From the NCBI RefSeq assembly GCF_031769215.1, contig NW_026782145.1, positions 930,001 to 994,000 of the forward strand: DNA of 64,000 nucleotides, written 5' to 3'. Made by a program: the position numbers and the translations under genes. Below the pieces are notes generated by a model. The model had not been told where the DNA came from, searched no databases, and worked only from the letters and a program-made list of their open reading frames with translations. The stretch comes from Ylistrum balloti (Eukaryota). The first letter of the stretch is position 1. Each line of letters starts with the position of its first letter. This document shows positions 12,043 to 26,204 of this stretch, piece by piece.

Positions 12043-14117
12043 ACTGTAACAACTCCAGTTTTACTATAGTTAATACTTCATGACTGTAACAACTCCAGTT
12101 CTTCTACTACACAGTGACAACTCCAGTTCTTTTACTACACTGTAACAACTCCAGTTCTACTGTATTTAATACTTCAGGACTGTAACAACTCCAGTTCTAC
12201 TGTATTTAATACTTCAGGACTGTAACAACTCCAGTTCTACTGTATTTAATACTTCAGGACTGTAACAACTCCTAGTTCTAGTTCTACTGTATTTAATACT
12301 TCAGGACTGTAACAACTCCAGTTCTACTGTATTTAATACTTCAGGACTGTAACAACTCCAGTTCTACTATATTTAATACTTCAGGACTGTAACAACTCCA
12401 GTTCTACTATAGTTAATACTTCAGGACTGTAACAACTCCAGTTCTACTGTATTTAATACTTCAGGACTGTAACAACTCCAGTTCTACTATATTTAATACT
12501 TCAGGACTGTAACAACTCCAGTTCTACTGTATTTAATACTTCAGGACTGTAACAACTCCAGTTCTACTGTATTTAATACTTCAGGACTGTAACAACTCCA
12601 GTTCTACTATATTTAATACTTCAGGACTGTAACAACTCCAGTTCTACTGTATTTAATACTTCAGGACTGTAACAACTCCAGTTCTACTATAGTTAATACT
12701 TCAGGACTGTAACAACTCCAGTTCTACTATATCTAATACTTCAGGACTGTAACAACTCCAGTTCTACTGTATTTAATACTTCAGGACTGTAACAACTCCA
12801 GTTCTACTATATTTAATACTTCAGGACTGTAAACAACTCCAGTTCTACTGTATTTAATACTTCAGGACTGTAACAACTCCAGTTCTACTGTATTTAATAC
12901 TTCAGGACTGTAACAACTCCAGTTCTACTGTATTTAATACTTCAGGACTGTAACAACTCCAGTTCTACTGTATTTAATACTTCAGGACTGTAACAACTCC
13001 AGTTCTACTATATTTAATACTTCAGGACTGTAACAACTCCAGTTCTACTGTATTTAATACTTCAGGACTGTAACAACTCCAGTTCTACTATTTAATACTT
13101 ATTTAATACTTCAGGACTGTAACAACTCCAGTGTAACAACTCCAGTCTCTTAATACTTACTATATCTGTATCTAATACTTCAGGACTGTAACAACTCCAG
13201 TTCTTCTACTAACCTGTAATAACTCCATTTCTACTATATTTAATACTTCCGGACTGCAACAACTCCAGTTCTACTATAGTTAATACTTCCGGACTGCAAC
13301 AACTCCAGTTCTACTATATCTAATACTTCAGGACTGTAACAACTCCAGTTCTACTGTATTTAATACTTCAGGACTGTAACAACTCCAGTTCTACTATATT
13401 TAATACTTCAGGACTGTAACAACTCCAGTTCTACTGTATTTAATACTTCAGGACTGTAACAACTCCAGTTCTACTATAGTTAATACTTCAGGACTGTAAC
13501 AACTCCAGTTCTACTGTATTTAATACTTCAGGACTGTAACAACTCCAGTTCTACTATATTTAATACTTCAGGACTGTAACAACTCCAGTTCTACTGTATT
13601 TAATACTTCAGGACTGTAACAACTCCAGTTCTACTATACTTAATACTTCAGGACTGCAACAACTCCAGTTCTACTATAGTTAATACTTCAGGACTGTAAC
13701 AACTCCAGTTCTACTGTATTTAATACTTCAGGACTGTAACAACTCCAGTTCTACTATATTTAATACTTCAGGACTGTAACAACTCCAGTTCTACTGTATT
13801 TAATACTTCAGGACTGTAACAACTCCAGTTCTACTATAGTTAATACTTCAGGACTGTAACAACTCCAGTTCTACTGTATTTAATACTTCAGGACTGTAAC
13901 AACTCCAGTTCTACTGTATTTAATACTTCAGGACTGTAACAACTCCAGTTCTACTGTATTTAATACTTCAGGACTGTAACAACTCCAGTTCTACTGTATT
14001 TAATACTTCAGGACTGTAACAACTCCAGTTCTACTATACTTAATACTTCAGGACTGTAACAACTCCAGTTCTACTATAGTTAATACTTCAGGACTGTAAC
14101 AACTCCAGTTCTACTAT
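12043..14117. repeat. Minisatellite, 40-bp unit (taatacttcaggactgtaacaactccagttctactgtatt), about 50 copies
   Basis: Sequence lines recur every 120 bp (3 units) in 13321-14100. Confidence 0.97.
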
Positions 14118-14329
14118 GTTTTATAGATAAGTCCATAAAAAAGAATTAATCAAATTCCTTTAGTGTGGATTTTCTGAATACTTCTACATTTCAACTGTTT
14201 CTGAAATAAAGCATTAGAAATGGAAGCAAAAAATAACATAAAAGGATAGAACAGTTTGTAAGATAGGACCAAAGACTGCCGTATGGAGCACCAATAACAT
14301 ATAAGGTGAAATAATAGATGTGGACTTAC

Positions 14330-14412
14330 CTGTGCTATTAAAGTGTTTCTGTTACTGTCCCTCTGTTGAAGCAGCTGCTGGTTAAATCCGTGTAGACCAG
14401 ATAAACTGCTTT
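14330..14412 (-). CDS. Probable downstream coding exon of the same gene
   Basis: Acceptor gtttattacag|AA, consensus donor CAG|gtaagt; 83 nt, phase 1 to 0, compatible with the 34040 donor: (E)SSLSGLHGFNQQLLQQRDSNRNTLIAQ. No homology recognised. Confidence 0.55.
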
Positions 14413-15199
14413 CTGTAATAAACATCAAACATGGCCACCTTAGAGAATTGAACCAATTTTGTTCTAGTAATAAAGTTGTGACCACAAATACACTATTCCA
14501 GACATGGATGCCTGATGCCAGTGTCGTCAGAATACACCTGTATTGCTGGTGCCAGCATGGTCAGTTTACTTTTGTACAACAAGGTTCTAGTTGCTTTGTT
14601 CCAAGCGTTACATAAAAAACCCACAGAGAGACATATTCGAAAGTGTTGGCCCTTTAACCATGGTCGTCCCCTCACTAGTAGAGAAGCCAGTTTTGGCTTC
14701 TTATGTTGGTGCCTTGTTCTCACCCTGCCAGTCAGTCCGCGTATGTATGAATGAGAGATTTCCTTTCACTCAGTACGCAGGCAGCACCTCCATACAGGCA
14801 CAAGCTCTGCCGAATTTCTAAAATTAGCTGCTGTTCTAGTTATCTTCCACAGCAGTGAAAGTTTGCTGTCCCTTCAAAAACAGAACCCTTCTCCCATCAT
14901 CATTATCATTGCTGGCAGCAGCAGCAGTGCTGGCAGCAAGGAAAGCAGGGAGATTGTAGGGAGACACCCCAATACACTGATAGGAGTTTTAACTGTAGTC
15001 CGAAGGTACAATCAACATTTCTATATATCCAAGCAGCTTTCACTATCTCAAAGAGAAAGTAATCACAAAACCATCGAGTGTCTACAGAAGGTAGAGGGAG
15101 ACGGCTTGGTGCCGACCCACATGGTATATGTACCTGGAGTTCAGGCTATCAACATCGTGTAATCAATACAGTGTACAGCTGACGAGATATTGATCTAAA

Positions 15200-15620
15200 C
15201 ATGGCCAAGGAGTTCATCCGTATTTCTACTGGCCAAGGGGTTAAAAAAAACATTTCTACCAGCCAAACAGTTGACTCGTATTTCTACTGAATGAGGAGTT
15301 CACAAAAAATTCTACTGGCCAAAGGGATGACCTGTACTTCTACTGACTAAGCAGTTCAACAATATTTCTACTGGTCAAAGAGTTCTCAGGAATTTCTACC
15401 AGCCAGACAGTTCATAAAAATTTCCACTAGCAAAATAGTTCACAAGAATTACTACCTGCTGAACATTTCATAAAAAGTTCCTACTAGTTATAAGAGTATT
15501 TCTGTTGACCAAGCAGTTCACCAGTATCTCTACATGACAAGAAGTTCACATGGTACTTCTACTAAAAATGTATTCTATCTGCAAAGAATTTCCCCTTTTT
15601 ATTCTACTTGAGAGCTTTAT
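15200..15620. repeat. Old degenerate tandem repeat, about 32-bp unit (tatttctactggccaaggagttca...)
   Basis: Recurrent ttctact...gttca motifs with heavy divergence. Confidence 0.6.
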
Positions 15621-16029
15621 TATCTGTACCTAAGGTGTATTTAACATTTCCTAAATGGATTTCTCTTCTTGAGATTATACTTAATTTAATTACAAAATCT
15701 GACTTTACACTTTTTTCATTTTAAATTTGAAAATTTCAGAATTAAAGAAGTCTTCAATGGCAAATATTCTTCATGTACAAATTAGATAGGACACTGTTAT
15801 ATAAAACTGTATACAATTTGCATACAGCCTGATGTTGATAAATATCCCTAGTGAGTTGTGAGATGGATTGAGTTGACAGATTTACGTAGAACATGTACAG
15901 TATCTTACAATACACATCATCACAATTCACTCCCACTGATCAATGCTTCACAATTCAGTAAATTTATTAAAACTGTCACTGATCTGCTTTTATCAATAAT
16001 AAAATTGTTTTATTAAACCTACACTGTGT

Positions 16030-17060
16030 TGCTAAAGAATAGTTGGGCCAACACTGAAAACACTTGAGTAAACACTGAAATGACATTAGTAAACCAACAA
16101 TGAGTTGCTAGAGAGTAGACCTACCAACACTGAAATAGTTTTAGTAAACCAACATTGAGTTGCTAGAGAGTAGCTGGACCAACACTGAAATGGCTTGAGT
16201 CAACCAACACTGAGTTACTAGAGAGTAGCCCTACCAACACTGAAATGGCTTGAGTCAACCAACACTGAGTTACTAGAGAGTAGCCCTACCAACACTGAAT
16301 GGCTTGTGTAAACCAACCATGAGTTGCTAGAGAGTAGCCCTACCAACACTGAAATGGCTGGAGTCAACCAACACTGAGTTGCTAGAGAGTAGCCCTACCA
16401 ACACTGAAATGGCTTGATCCAACCAACACTGAGTTACTAGAGAGTAGCCCTACCAACTCTAAAATGGCTTGAGTCAACCAACACTGAATTGCTAGAGTGT
16501 AGCCCTACCAACACTGAAATGGCTTGTGTAAGCCAACCATGAGTTGCTAGAGTGTAGCCCTGCCAACACTGAAATGGCTTGTGTAAACCAACAATGAGTT
16601 GCTAAAGTGTAGCCCTACCAACACTGAAATGGCTTGAGTCAACCAACACTGAGTTGCTAGAGTGTAGCCCTACCAACACTGAAATGGCTTGAGTCAACCA
16701 ACACTGAGTTGCTAGAGTGTAGCCCGACCAACACTGAAATGGCTTTAGGTAACCAACATTGAGTTGCTAGAGAGTAGCTGGACCAACACTGAAATGGCTT
16801 AAGTCAACCAACACTGAGTTACTATGGAGTAGCCCTACCAACACTGAAATGGCTTGATCCAACCAACACTGAGTTACTAGAGAGTAGCCCTACCAACACT
16901 GAAATGGCTTCAGTAAACCAACCATGAGTTGCTAGAGAGTAGCCCTACCAACACTGAAATGGCTTGAGTAAACCAACCATGAGTTGCTAGAGAGTAGCCC
17001 TACCAACACTGAAATGGCTTGAGTAAACCAACCATGAGTTGCTAGAGAGTAGCTGGACCA
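16030..17060. repeat. Minisatellite, 55-bp unit (gttgctagagagtagccctaccaacactgaaatggcttgagtcaaccaacactga)
   Basis: Direct inspection; internal duplication of ccaacactga within the unit. Confidence 0.95.
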
Positions 17061-17639
17061 GAATCTAAGTAATATTTAAATCTCATCTAATCCTAGTTTT
17101 GTGTCCTTCCTTGTAGGCGGCCTCCCAGGTACCCTCAGTACATACACCACAACAAAGCCATGAAGTATGGATTTTTATCTCTGTTACATCATATTTTACA
17201 ACATTTTCCCATCAGCTATACAAATAATTCAATTTGTTCTGTAGAAGGTTACAAAAATTGCTAGTTAATGACCAAGCTAGGAAGACTAATAATCACAATG
17301 ATAGTTACACATATAAAGTTTATGTTCTAGAGACACCAACAGATCAATCCTTACAGAATCTTGACCACTAATGACCATTGCTGTCTAAACAATGTCTCCA
17401 TACCTCTAATGGCTGACCATGTCCTAGGCTATCACCAGAACTGGCAGTGCAGCAGTCCTACACACTCACTTTTATAACATTAATCAACATCAAAGATGTT
17501 ATTCTTGCCGTCTACAAAATCAATATCTCAGCCTTAATACTGATCAGCAATAAGAATAGTCAAGGTCTGTATATTATCTAAACATTATAATGAATCAACA
17601 CAACTGTACCTTGTCTAACTCAGAATAATAAAAAGAAAA

Positions 17640-17870
17640 TTTGAAATAAAAGGTCATAAAAAATAGTGGTCAAGGTCATTTCTTTTGGAAATCTTTGTCA
17701 TCACATGAAACTTTCAGCTGAGTATTATGATCCAATGTCTTTTAGGTGGAGCAGAAGGAAACGTTGGAGTTTTCAAGCAAATTTGATTCCTATGACCTTG
17801 AACTTAGGTAAAGATAATTTTTTCTTAAAACTTAGCTTTTTCTCCAGAATGTATGAGAAGAAATCATGAC
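17640..17870 (+). mobile_element. Fragment of an interspersed repeat with ggtcaaggtca / tgaccttgaac core (Helentron-like family)
   Basis: Shares ggtcaaggtca motifs with copies at 48535-49500 and 55880-56420. Confidence 0.35.
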
Positions 17871-18089
17871 TTCACACCAACTGGATCTTCAGGAGTTATT
17901 CAAAGACTAATTAATGGACAACTGATACTGCACTACAGCATGACCTCGCTTGGCTCTTAAATAGGCCAGATGAACTGTAAGCCCAGGGTACCAACAAAAA
18001 CTTGTAGTAGGATGCAGGACAAGAAAATAACATTTGTTAGTACTTTTATTAAACTGTAATAGAAAAAATTTAAGGTGGTCTCAACTAAA

Positions 18090-18385
18090 GGTGGCCGCAA
18101 TAACTCAGTCAGTTAGGACCCTAGCTGATGTAACATCTGGTAAAGGTCCGAATTTTGAAGTTCAACAATTCCTATTCCTGGTGGTTTGTGTTTCTGAAGA
18201 AGAAGCTGAGAAACACACCATCTCTGTGTTGCATGGTTGTGCCCTTGGGCAACACACTTAACCCTTATATCTCTAGATGGCATTTGAGGAGACTTCTGTA
18301 TGTGGTTCAGTAAAGCATCAACCAGCCATTACAAGGAGACTCCATCGCAAAATGACTGTTCACGGGGAAGTAAATCAAACAAACA
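18090..18385 (+). mobile_element. tRNA-derived SINE remnant
   Basis: A-box-like taactcagtcagttag, central gtgcccttgggcaacacacttaaccc and tail aatgactgtt...gtaaatcaaacaaac, resembling invertebrate SINE2 architecture. Confidence 0.5.
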
Positions 18386-20350
18386 TTGACTAATGCAGGT
18401 ATATAAAAACCTGAACTTTTCTGTTGTGAAAAAAATCATTTATAGACAAACATGTCATAAAGAACAGTTGACAACAGCTTTATACAACAAATACATGTAA
18501 TAAAACCAGAAACTGTTTTCCTTTTTTCATGTAGGCATAGTTTTACTTGTTAATTGAGGAGGACTTGTCAATACAGCAATACTTATAACCAGGAGGTTTC
18601 CGCCTGCTACCCAACAGATTTCTCCACATAATAAATAATACAATATCTTGGTTTATGTGTGATAATGACTTTCTATGGCTTTGTCAGGAAAGATAAGTAA
18701 GCATTAATTTCCATCTGTTTGCTCTACACAACACGACCTGCCAGAGCTTATTGTTGAAGGCTGGTCTGTGAATGGCTACAGAAAGCATACAATTCCATAT
18801 AAATGTGTTTTTTGGGTGTTAAGTGTCAGTATCCCGTCTTATCTTGGCCTTTAATACCTAAAGGTTACAATGCCCTAATGTAAGCTACTTTGACCTTGTA
18901 TTTTAACCTCCTTTGCTAAAGAGTTCCCGATGTTGAATTCCAAACACATCAGCAACCACACAATATTATGATAACAATTGTTTGTCGGGAGGTGTATTGA
19001 TCAGAGAATTACTGATAATGGATTTTAATCAGTGTTGATTGGTGATAATGCTGTGATATTTGTGTATAATGGGTCAAAGCAGGTCCTCAGCACCCAGCTC
19101 AGTTTTTACTGTCCTCATGACATTTATGTGTCAAGTTTTGTTTTAAACATGAGATAACCATGAACAACATGAGATAACCATGAACAACAGGAGATAACCA
19201 TGAACAATACATGTCAGCTTATAAACAACTATAAACATTTCATATCACTCTAAAAACACAAATGATCATTTGCTTTTAATTTATCATTTTTTTTTAAATT
19301 ACCATTTACTTTATAAGTAACATTTACTTTTTAATTAAAACTGATTATTTACTTTCTAATTACCTTCTTTTTATCTAATTTTACTTTCTAATTTTATGTT
19401 TTAATTATCATTTAATTTTAAACTAACATTTAACGTTTACGTTTTAATTATAATTTCGTTTTATTTTAATTCACTTTTACACTTACATTTCAGTTATCAT
19501 TAACTTTTAAATAAACATTTACTGTTCAAAGAACATTTAATCTTTTATTTACATTTACTTTTTAACGATCATTTACCTTTAATTAATATTTACATTATCT
19601 CTCCTGTGCTTGTTGCTTCCTCTACATTTGTATCTTTTGGTTATTCATTTTTTTCACTCCTGAGATTTAAACTAACATAAGAATCCAGATGTTAATGGAA
19701 ATGTAGATTAAAAGAATAATTTTCAATTCTGAAATGAAATACCCTAACCTTCTCATGGAATAACATTTAAATTCCTGCATTTGGCAGTAATTGTACCAAG
19801 CTGTATTTCTCCAGAACATTTTATCTACAGACTGAAACATTGATTGATGGACAGACACACTGATTCTATTGTGTCATCACTAAGTTTGTAGATAGGTGAG
19901 ATCCAATGATGTGAGATTATCGATGTGTGCAGTCATATTCTACAGTGTCATCACTAAGTTTGCAGCTAGGTGAGGTCCAGTGATACGAGATTATTGATGT
20001 GTGTAGTCATGTCCTTGAATTGAATATTGAGTGTCATGTTTTACATGACATTGAAACCAGTAAACCTTTAAGGGTATGAATCAGTTGCAGTTCCACTGGG
20101 ACTATCATACAATTCAAATGACTGGCAACAGTTATTTCCCTTTGAGGACAAATTTTAGATAAGATGAGATAAAGGTTGCATAGATCAGGCACCAATACAC
20201 ATAGTGCTGATTTCATACATGCATCAATGACCCTGAGCTAGCTTTCAATAACCGAGAGGACAAAAAAGGAAAATGAGACACACTCCAACAAGATTGTTTT
20301 TACTTTAGTCTACATCAGCTTGAAGTCAACTGTTCAAATCAATATCTCGA

Positions 20351-20662
20351 CACTCGCCCACAGACCTAACAAAATTCTAGGTACTCGCCCACAGACCTAA
20401 CAAGATTCTAGGTACTCGCCCACAGACCTAACAAGATTCTAGGTACTCGCCCACAGACCCAACAAGATTCTAGGTACTCGCCCACAGACCTAACAAGATT
20501 CTAGGTACTCGCCCACAGACCAAACAAAATGTTTGGTACTAGCCCACAGACCTAACAAAATTCTAGGTACTCGCCCACAGACCTAACAGAATTCTAGGTA
20601 CTCGCCCACAGACCTAACAAGATTCTAGGTACTCGCCCACAGACCTAACAAAATTCTGGGTA
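20351..20662. repeat. Minisatellite, 31-bp unit (gtactcgcccacagacctaacaagattctag), about 10 copies
   Basis: Direct inspection. Confidence 0.95.
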
Positions 20663-22551
20663 GCTGGACAGATTGTTATCATACAAATAGTTATTCTGGT
20701 AAGGTAGATAACATGATTTATCGAACTGAAGTAGATATTTCATTAAAAACATAAATTATTGTAACATATTGTAATGGTTTGACTGTTACCATCATCTTTC
20801 TGTCTACCAGAAGGCCTAACATTAATCATTCAGAAACTAAACCTTGCTCCCTCTAGACAAATTTCAATACGACACTTGTCCAACTTAATCCACCAAATGC
20901 TGAAGTGATGCCATCTTTATAATATGAAAACAAGATTGTGTATTTATCCTGAATGTTTAAGTACTGAAAACTTTGCAATGTTATATTACTTCCATTAAAA
21001 GTCGGGATCTTAGTCATTGATTTACTAAAGAAAAGATGGAATCACACACAAGGTAACATTTATCTATGAATAAGAGCTTATTGAGTAACAGACATCAATT
21101 TTTCCGAGATGATAACCCTGCTTTATCAAACTTGTAACACCTGATATAAATCAGTCAATAATTTAAGATAGAAGTCCTTATGCCACAGATAGAATAAGAT
21201 TTAAATGTGGCATTTCTATAACTAAACTGTCTCCTTCATCATATAAATGACCAGTGTGAAGAGTTATAACACTGAAGTATGTAGTATAGAAGATAAGGAA
21301 TCAACCAATTTTTCAGCTATAACCCTATGTAAAATAAGGTAGAAGATTCTGCGTCTTTCTGACATTAAGTCAGACCAAAATCTCCTGCCTCTGATATACA
21401 ATCCGTTGCTGTTCTCCCATCTAATCTTGTGAACAAATTCTGCAACATTCCCTTTGGACGTTTTATTCTTAGGATGGACAAGGACATTTTGGAAAGTCCT
21501 GTGAGGTTTAATGGTTGATGCAATACCATGACCATGGTAAATTCTCCAAATGGTTGCTAACAGGACTGATGTTTGGTGAAATGAGACACTAAATCATGTG
21601 AAATGAATTCCAGATCTATTATGGAAGTACTGTGGACATTGTTTCTGCAAGGTCTTTCAAGTATTTGACATGATGTTCTGATTTGCCCACCAGGGGTCCT
21701 AGATTGTCAACTAGTGACATGGAGACAATGTAACCAATAGCAACAGAATGGTCCTCTATTTGATAATGGTGGGCAACATAGACCATGAAGGGAGATCATT
21801 CTGAAGTACTGAAGACAGATAAACGACAATGCAGAATTCCAAAATGAGAATTAATGAGACAGAAATATTCTTAAAATACAGAGAAATATTACTGATTAAT
21901 TACCAATTTGTGCATCTCTATGATGAACTTGATGCACCAAGATTAATTTGCAGAAACATGAATAAACCTATGGACAATAGACACTATGTCCTAATCCTCT
22001 CAATTCCCAAGGCTTTCTTCTCTGTATAGAGAAAACTCTAAAACTTTACAAGACAGCTGAAGACTCAGGAGATTTTTCTCTACCAGTTATATATATTGCC
22101 TATTACAAGGTTGGCCATATTGACAGCTCTACAAGAGTACTGGTGTTGGATGTAAGGACTGGCTAGTCCCGATGGATTTTTGGTTATAGACCAGTGTGAC
22201 AGAAATCACACTTGGACATCACAGGAAGTCTGATGATTAGAAATGTCATATCCGCTAAAGCAAACCACACAGGAACTGACCTCTGTCTACTCTCAATCAC
22301 CGGTCAGTGTATTCATATCACCTCTAGTACTTAACTTTCTCTGCTGATAATGACCTAACACCAGACACAAATTCTCTAATAAAAATCTAGGTCAACGATA
22401 ATTAAACCATTATGACCTGACACAACACCTCAAATACATCTTTAAGTCATTCAATGAAAAGAAAGATGGCTTCCTGTGTAATTGGCACATATTTTTCTGT
22501 TACAAAACTGCAATATTTATCATTGCAGCCCTCCATTATGAACATAATGAT

Positions 22552-23710
22552 CTGTACTATCATGTCTAGGTCCAGTCTAGAACATAACATAGGTGAGATG
22601 GACACCTGTACCCCTACAGGATGAGGAGAAAGTCCTGAGCTGTACTATCATGTCTAGGTCCAGTCTAGGACATAACAAAGGTGAGATGGACACCTGTACT
22701 TCTACAGGATGAGGAGAAAGTCCTGAGCTGTACTATCATGTCTAGGTCCAGTCTAGGACATAACAAAGGTGAGATGGACACCTGTACTTCTACAGGATGA
22801 GGAGGAAGTCCTGAGCTGTACTGACATGTCTAGGTCCAGTCAAAAACATACCATAGGTGAGATGGACACCTGTACCCCTACAGGATGAGGAGGAAGTCCT
22901 GAGCTGTACTGACATGTCAAGGTCCAGTCTAGAACATAACATAGGTGAGATGGACACTTGTACCCTACATACAGGATGAGGAGGAAGTCCTGAGCTGTAC
23001 TGACATGTCTAGGTCCAGTCAAAGACATACCATAGGTGAGATGGACACCTGTACCCCTACAGGATGAGGAGAAAGTCCTGAGCTGTACTATCATGTCTAG
23101 GTCCAGTCTAGGACATAACAAAGGTGAGATGGACACCTGTACCCCTACAGGATGAGGAGGAAGTCCTAAGCTGTACTATCATGTCTAGGTCCAGTCTAGG
23201 ACATAACAAAGGTGAGATGGACACCCGTACTCCTACAGAATGAGGAGGAAGTCCTGAGCTGTACTGACATGTCTAGGTCCAGTCTAGGACATAACAAAGG
23301 TGAGATGGACACCTGTACCCCTACAGGATGAGGAGGAAGTCCTGAGCTGTACTATCCTGTCTAGGTCAAGTCTAGGACATAACAAAGGTGAGATGGACAC
23401 CTGTACCCCTACAGGATGAGGAGGAAGTCCTGAGCTGTACTATCCTGTCTAGGTCCAGTCTAGGACATAAGAAAGGTGAGATGGACACCTGTACCCCTAC
23501 AGGATGAAGAGGAAGACCTGAGCTGTACTATCCTGTCTAGGTCCAGCCTAGGACATAACACAGGTGAGATGGACACCTGTACCCATACAGGATGAGGAGA
23601 AAGTCCCGAGCTGTACTATCATGTCTAGGTCCTGTCCAGTCTAGAACATAACACAGGTGAGATGGACACCTGTACCCCTACAGGACGAGGAGGAAATCCT
23701 GAGCTGTACT
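22552..23710. repeat. Minisatellite, 88-bp unit, about 13 copies
   Basis: aggtgagatggacacctgta recurs at 22591 and 22679. Confidence 0.96.
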
Positions 23711-24369
23711 TCGTCTAAAACACTCTAGTTTGTATATATTAATTCTTTCCTTCTGTGCCCTGGATACATAAACCTCATCCCACATGTAAACATAGCATTC
23801 TAATTATTTCCTGTCTCCCTGTTTCCACGCAAATGTTTTACATATGTATTCTAATAACCTGTTTTTCTACTCTACTTCCCTCTTCCTTTAACTCATTATC
23901 TACATCTAAACTTTGTAAAGAGCAGCAGATTTACATTTTGATCATTTGTAACTGATGGAGGCCACACAGAACAAAGCATGCCCTTGCACTGTCGATTCTT
24001 CTCCTTGTAACATAGCTTCCCATTTTGTTCCTCTTGTACCATGTAATACTCCCCTCAACACCTCAGCAATCATTTACTATTTTTGACTATCAAGTTTTCT
24101 AGTATTCTGACCATTATATCATTTTATACAATGTTGACCTATCCTGTGTAATTCTAAATAAAGGTTTCAGTTAACACCGACAATCAACAATTTGTTTAAA
24201 ACAACATGGCTGGTTGTTTACCAAGCTAAAAACTAACAGGTCTTCTGTATCAAAATATCACATCTTATCCAAAAGTTTTAATATAGAATATCATGCAAGG
24301 TGAAATTGAAAATGTTACCATGGAAACTGAAGATGCAAGAAGTACAGACATGTGTTTCATTACAGAAAT

Positions 24370-25740
24370 TATGGTAGGTTGTTATAGAGGGCGAAACCAT
24401 AGGAAACATTGTTGTAGAGGGCAAAACCATAGTAAACATTGTTGTAGAGGGCGAAGCCATAGGAAACATTGTTGTAGAGGGCGAAACCATAGGAAACATT
24501 GTTGTAGAGGGCAAAACCATAGTAAACATTGTTGTAGAGGGCAAAACCATAGTAAACATTGTTGTAGAGGGCAAAACCATAGTAAACATTGTTGTAGAGG
24601 GCAAAATCATAGTAAACATTGTTGTAGAGGGCAAAACCACAGTAAACATTGTTGTAGAGGGCAAAACCATAGTAAACATTGTTGTAGAGGGCAAAACCAT
24701 AGTAAACATTGTTGTAGATGGCGAAACCATAGGAAACATTGTTGTAGAGGGCAAAACCATAGTAAACATTGTTGTAGAGGGCGAAACCATAGGAAACATT
24801 GTTGTAGAGGGCAAAACCATAGGAAACATTGTTGTAGAGGGCGAAACCATAGTAAACATTGTTTAGAGGGCAAAACCATAGTAAACATTGTTGTAGAGGG
24901 CAAAACCATAGTAAACATTGTTGTAGAGGGCAAAACCATAGTAAACATTGTTGTAGAGGGCAAAACCATAGTAAACATTGTTGTAGAGGGCAAAACCATA
25001 GTAAACATTGTTGTAGAAGGCAAAACCATAGTAAACATTGTTGTAGGGGGCGAAACCATAGGAAACATTGTTGTAGAGGGCAAAACCATAGGAAACATTG
25101 TTGTAGAGGGCGAAACCATAGGAAACATTGTTGTAGAGGGCAAAACCATAGTAAACATTGTTGTAGAGGGCGAAACCATAGGAAACATTGTTGTAGAGGG
25201 CAAAACCATAGGAAACATTGTTGAAGAGGGCAAAACCATAGTAAACATTGTTGAAGAGGGCAAAACCATAGTAAACATTGTTGTAGAGGGCAAAACCATA
25301 GTAAACATTGTTGTAGATGGCGAAACCATAGTAAACATTGTTGTAGAGGGCGAAACCATAGTAAACATTGTTGTAGAGGGCAAAACCATAGTAAACATTG
25401 TTGTAGAGGGCGAAACCATAGTAAACATTGTTGTAGAAGGCAAAACCATAGTAAACATTGTTGTAGGGGGCGAAACCATAGGAAACATTGTTGTAGAGGG
25501 CAAAACCATAGGAAACATTGTTGTAGAGGGCAAAACCATAGAAAACATTGTTGTAGAGGATGAAACCATAGGAAACACTGAAGAGGGTGAGATGACAGGA
25601 ACCACTGTTGTAGAGGATGAGACAACAGGAAAAATCATTGTTGAAGGCAAGATGACAGGAAACTTTGTTGAGGTGAGATGACAGGAAACATTGTTGTAGA
25701 GGGAGATATGACAAAAAACATTGTTGTAGAGGGCCAGACA
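24370..25740. repeat. Minisatellite, 30-bp unit (gcaaaaccatagtaaacattgttgtagagg), about 45 copies
   Basis: Direct inspection; a 1-bp deletion near 24863 shifts the register; degenerate 3' end. Confidence 0.97.
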
Positions 25741-26204
25741 ATTGATCATTGATTTGTTTATGACAAAAATGATAAAACAGTCATTATCTTCATTCTTAAT
25801 GAAAAAAAAAAGCTATCAGGACTCTGAAAGAACTTGGCAGAACCAGACAGTAGCATGATGATTGACAGTTTGAGACTGTGGAGGAGCAATAAGCAATGAC
25901 CTTAAGCAATGACCTGTACAGGTTACAGATGACTGACCATACAGATTATGTTTAGTGAGTATCTGGTGTAGGGTGTCCCAAGTCGTGTCATTGCTGGGTT
26001 AATTACACTGTTTACTGAGATACACAGAACCAACCTTCATTCCACAAATACTTTGCACTCCAGTAAGATGTAAATAAAAAAAATACCAAGAATCAATCTC
26101 AGCCAAGTACACTGACTTTGTCCTACGTACTGATGTTAAATACAAGTCAGATGGTCTTAAGTCCAACTCTAAAACACTTGTTCAGCATTTCAAGGACACC
26201 ACCC

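Noticed and set aside
14493-15162. Overlapping 70-100 aa ORFs suggesting a DIRS/tyrosine-recombinase remnant
   Set aside because: No recognisable RT, RNase H or recombinase motifs in any frame; kept only as a CpG-rich island.
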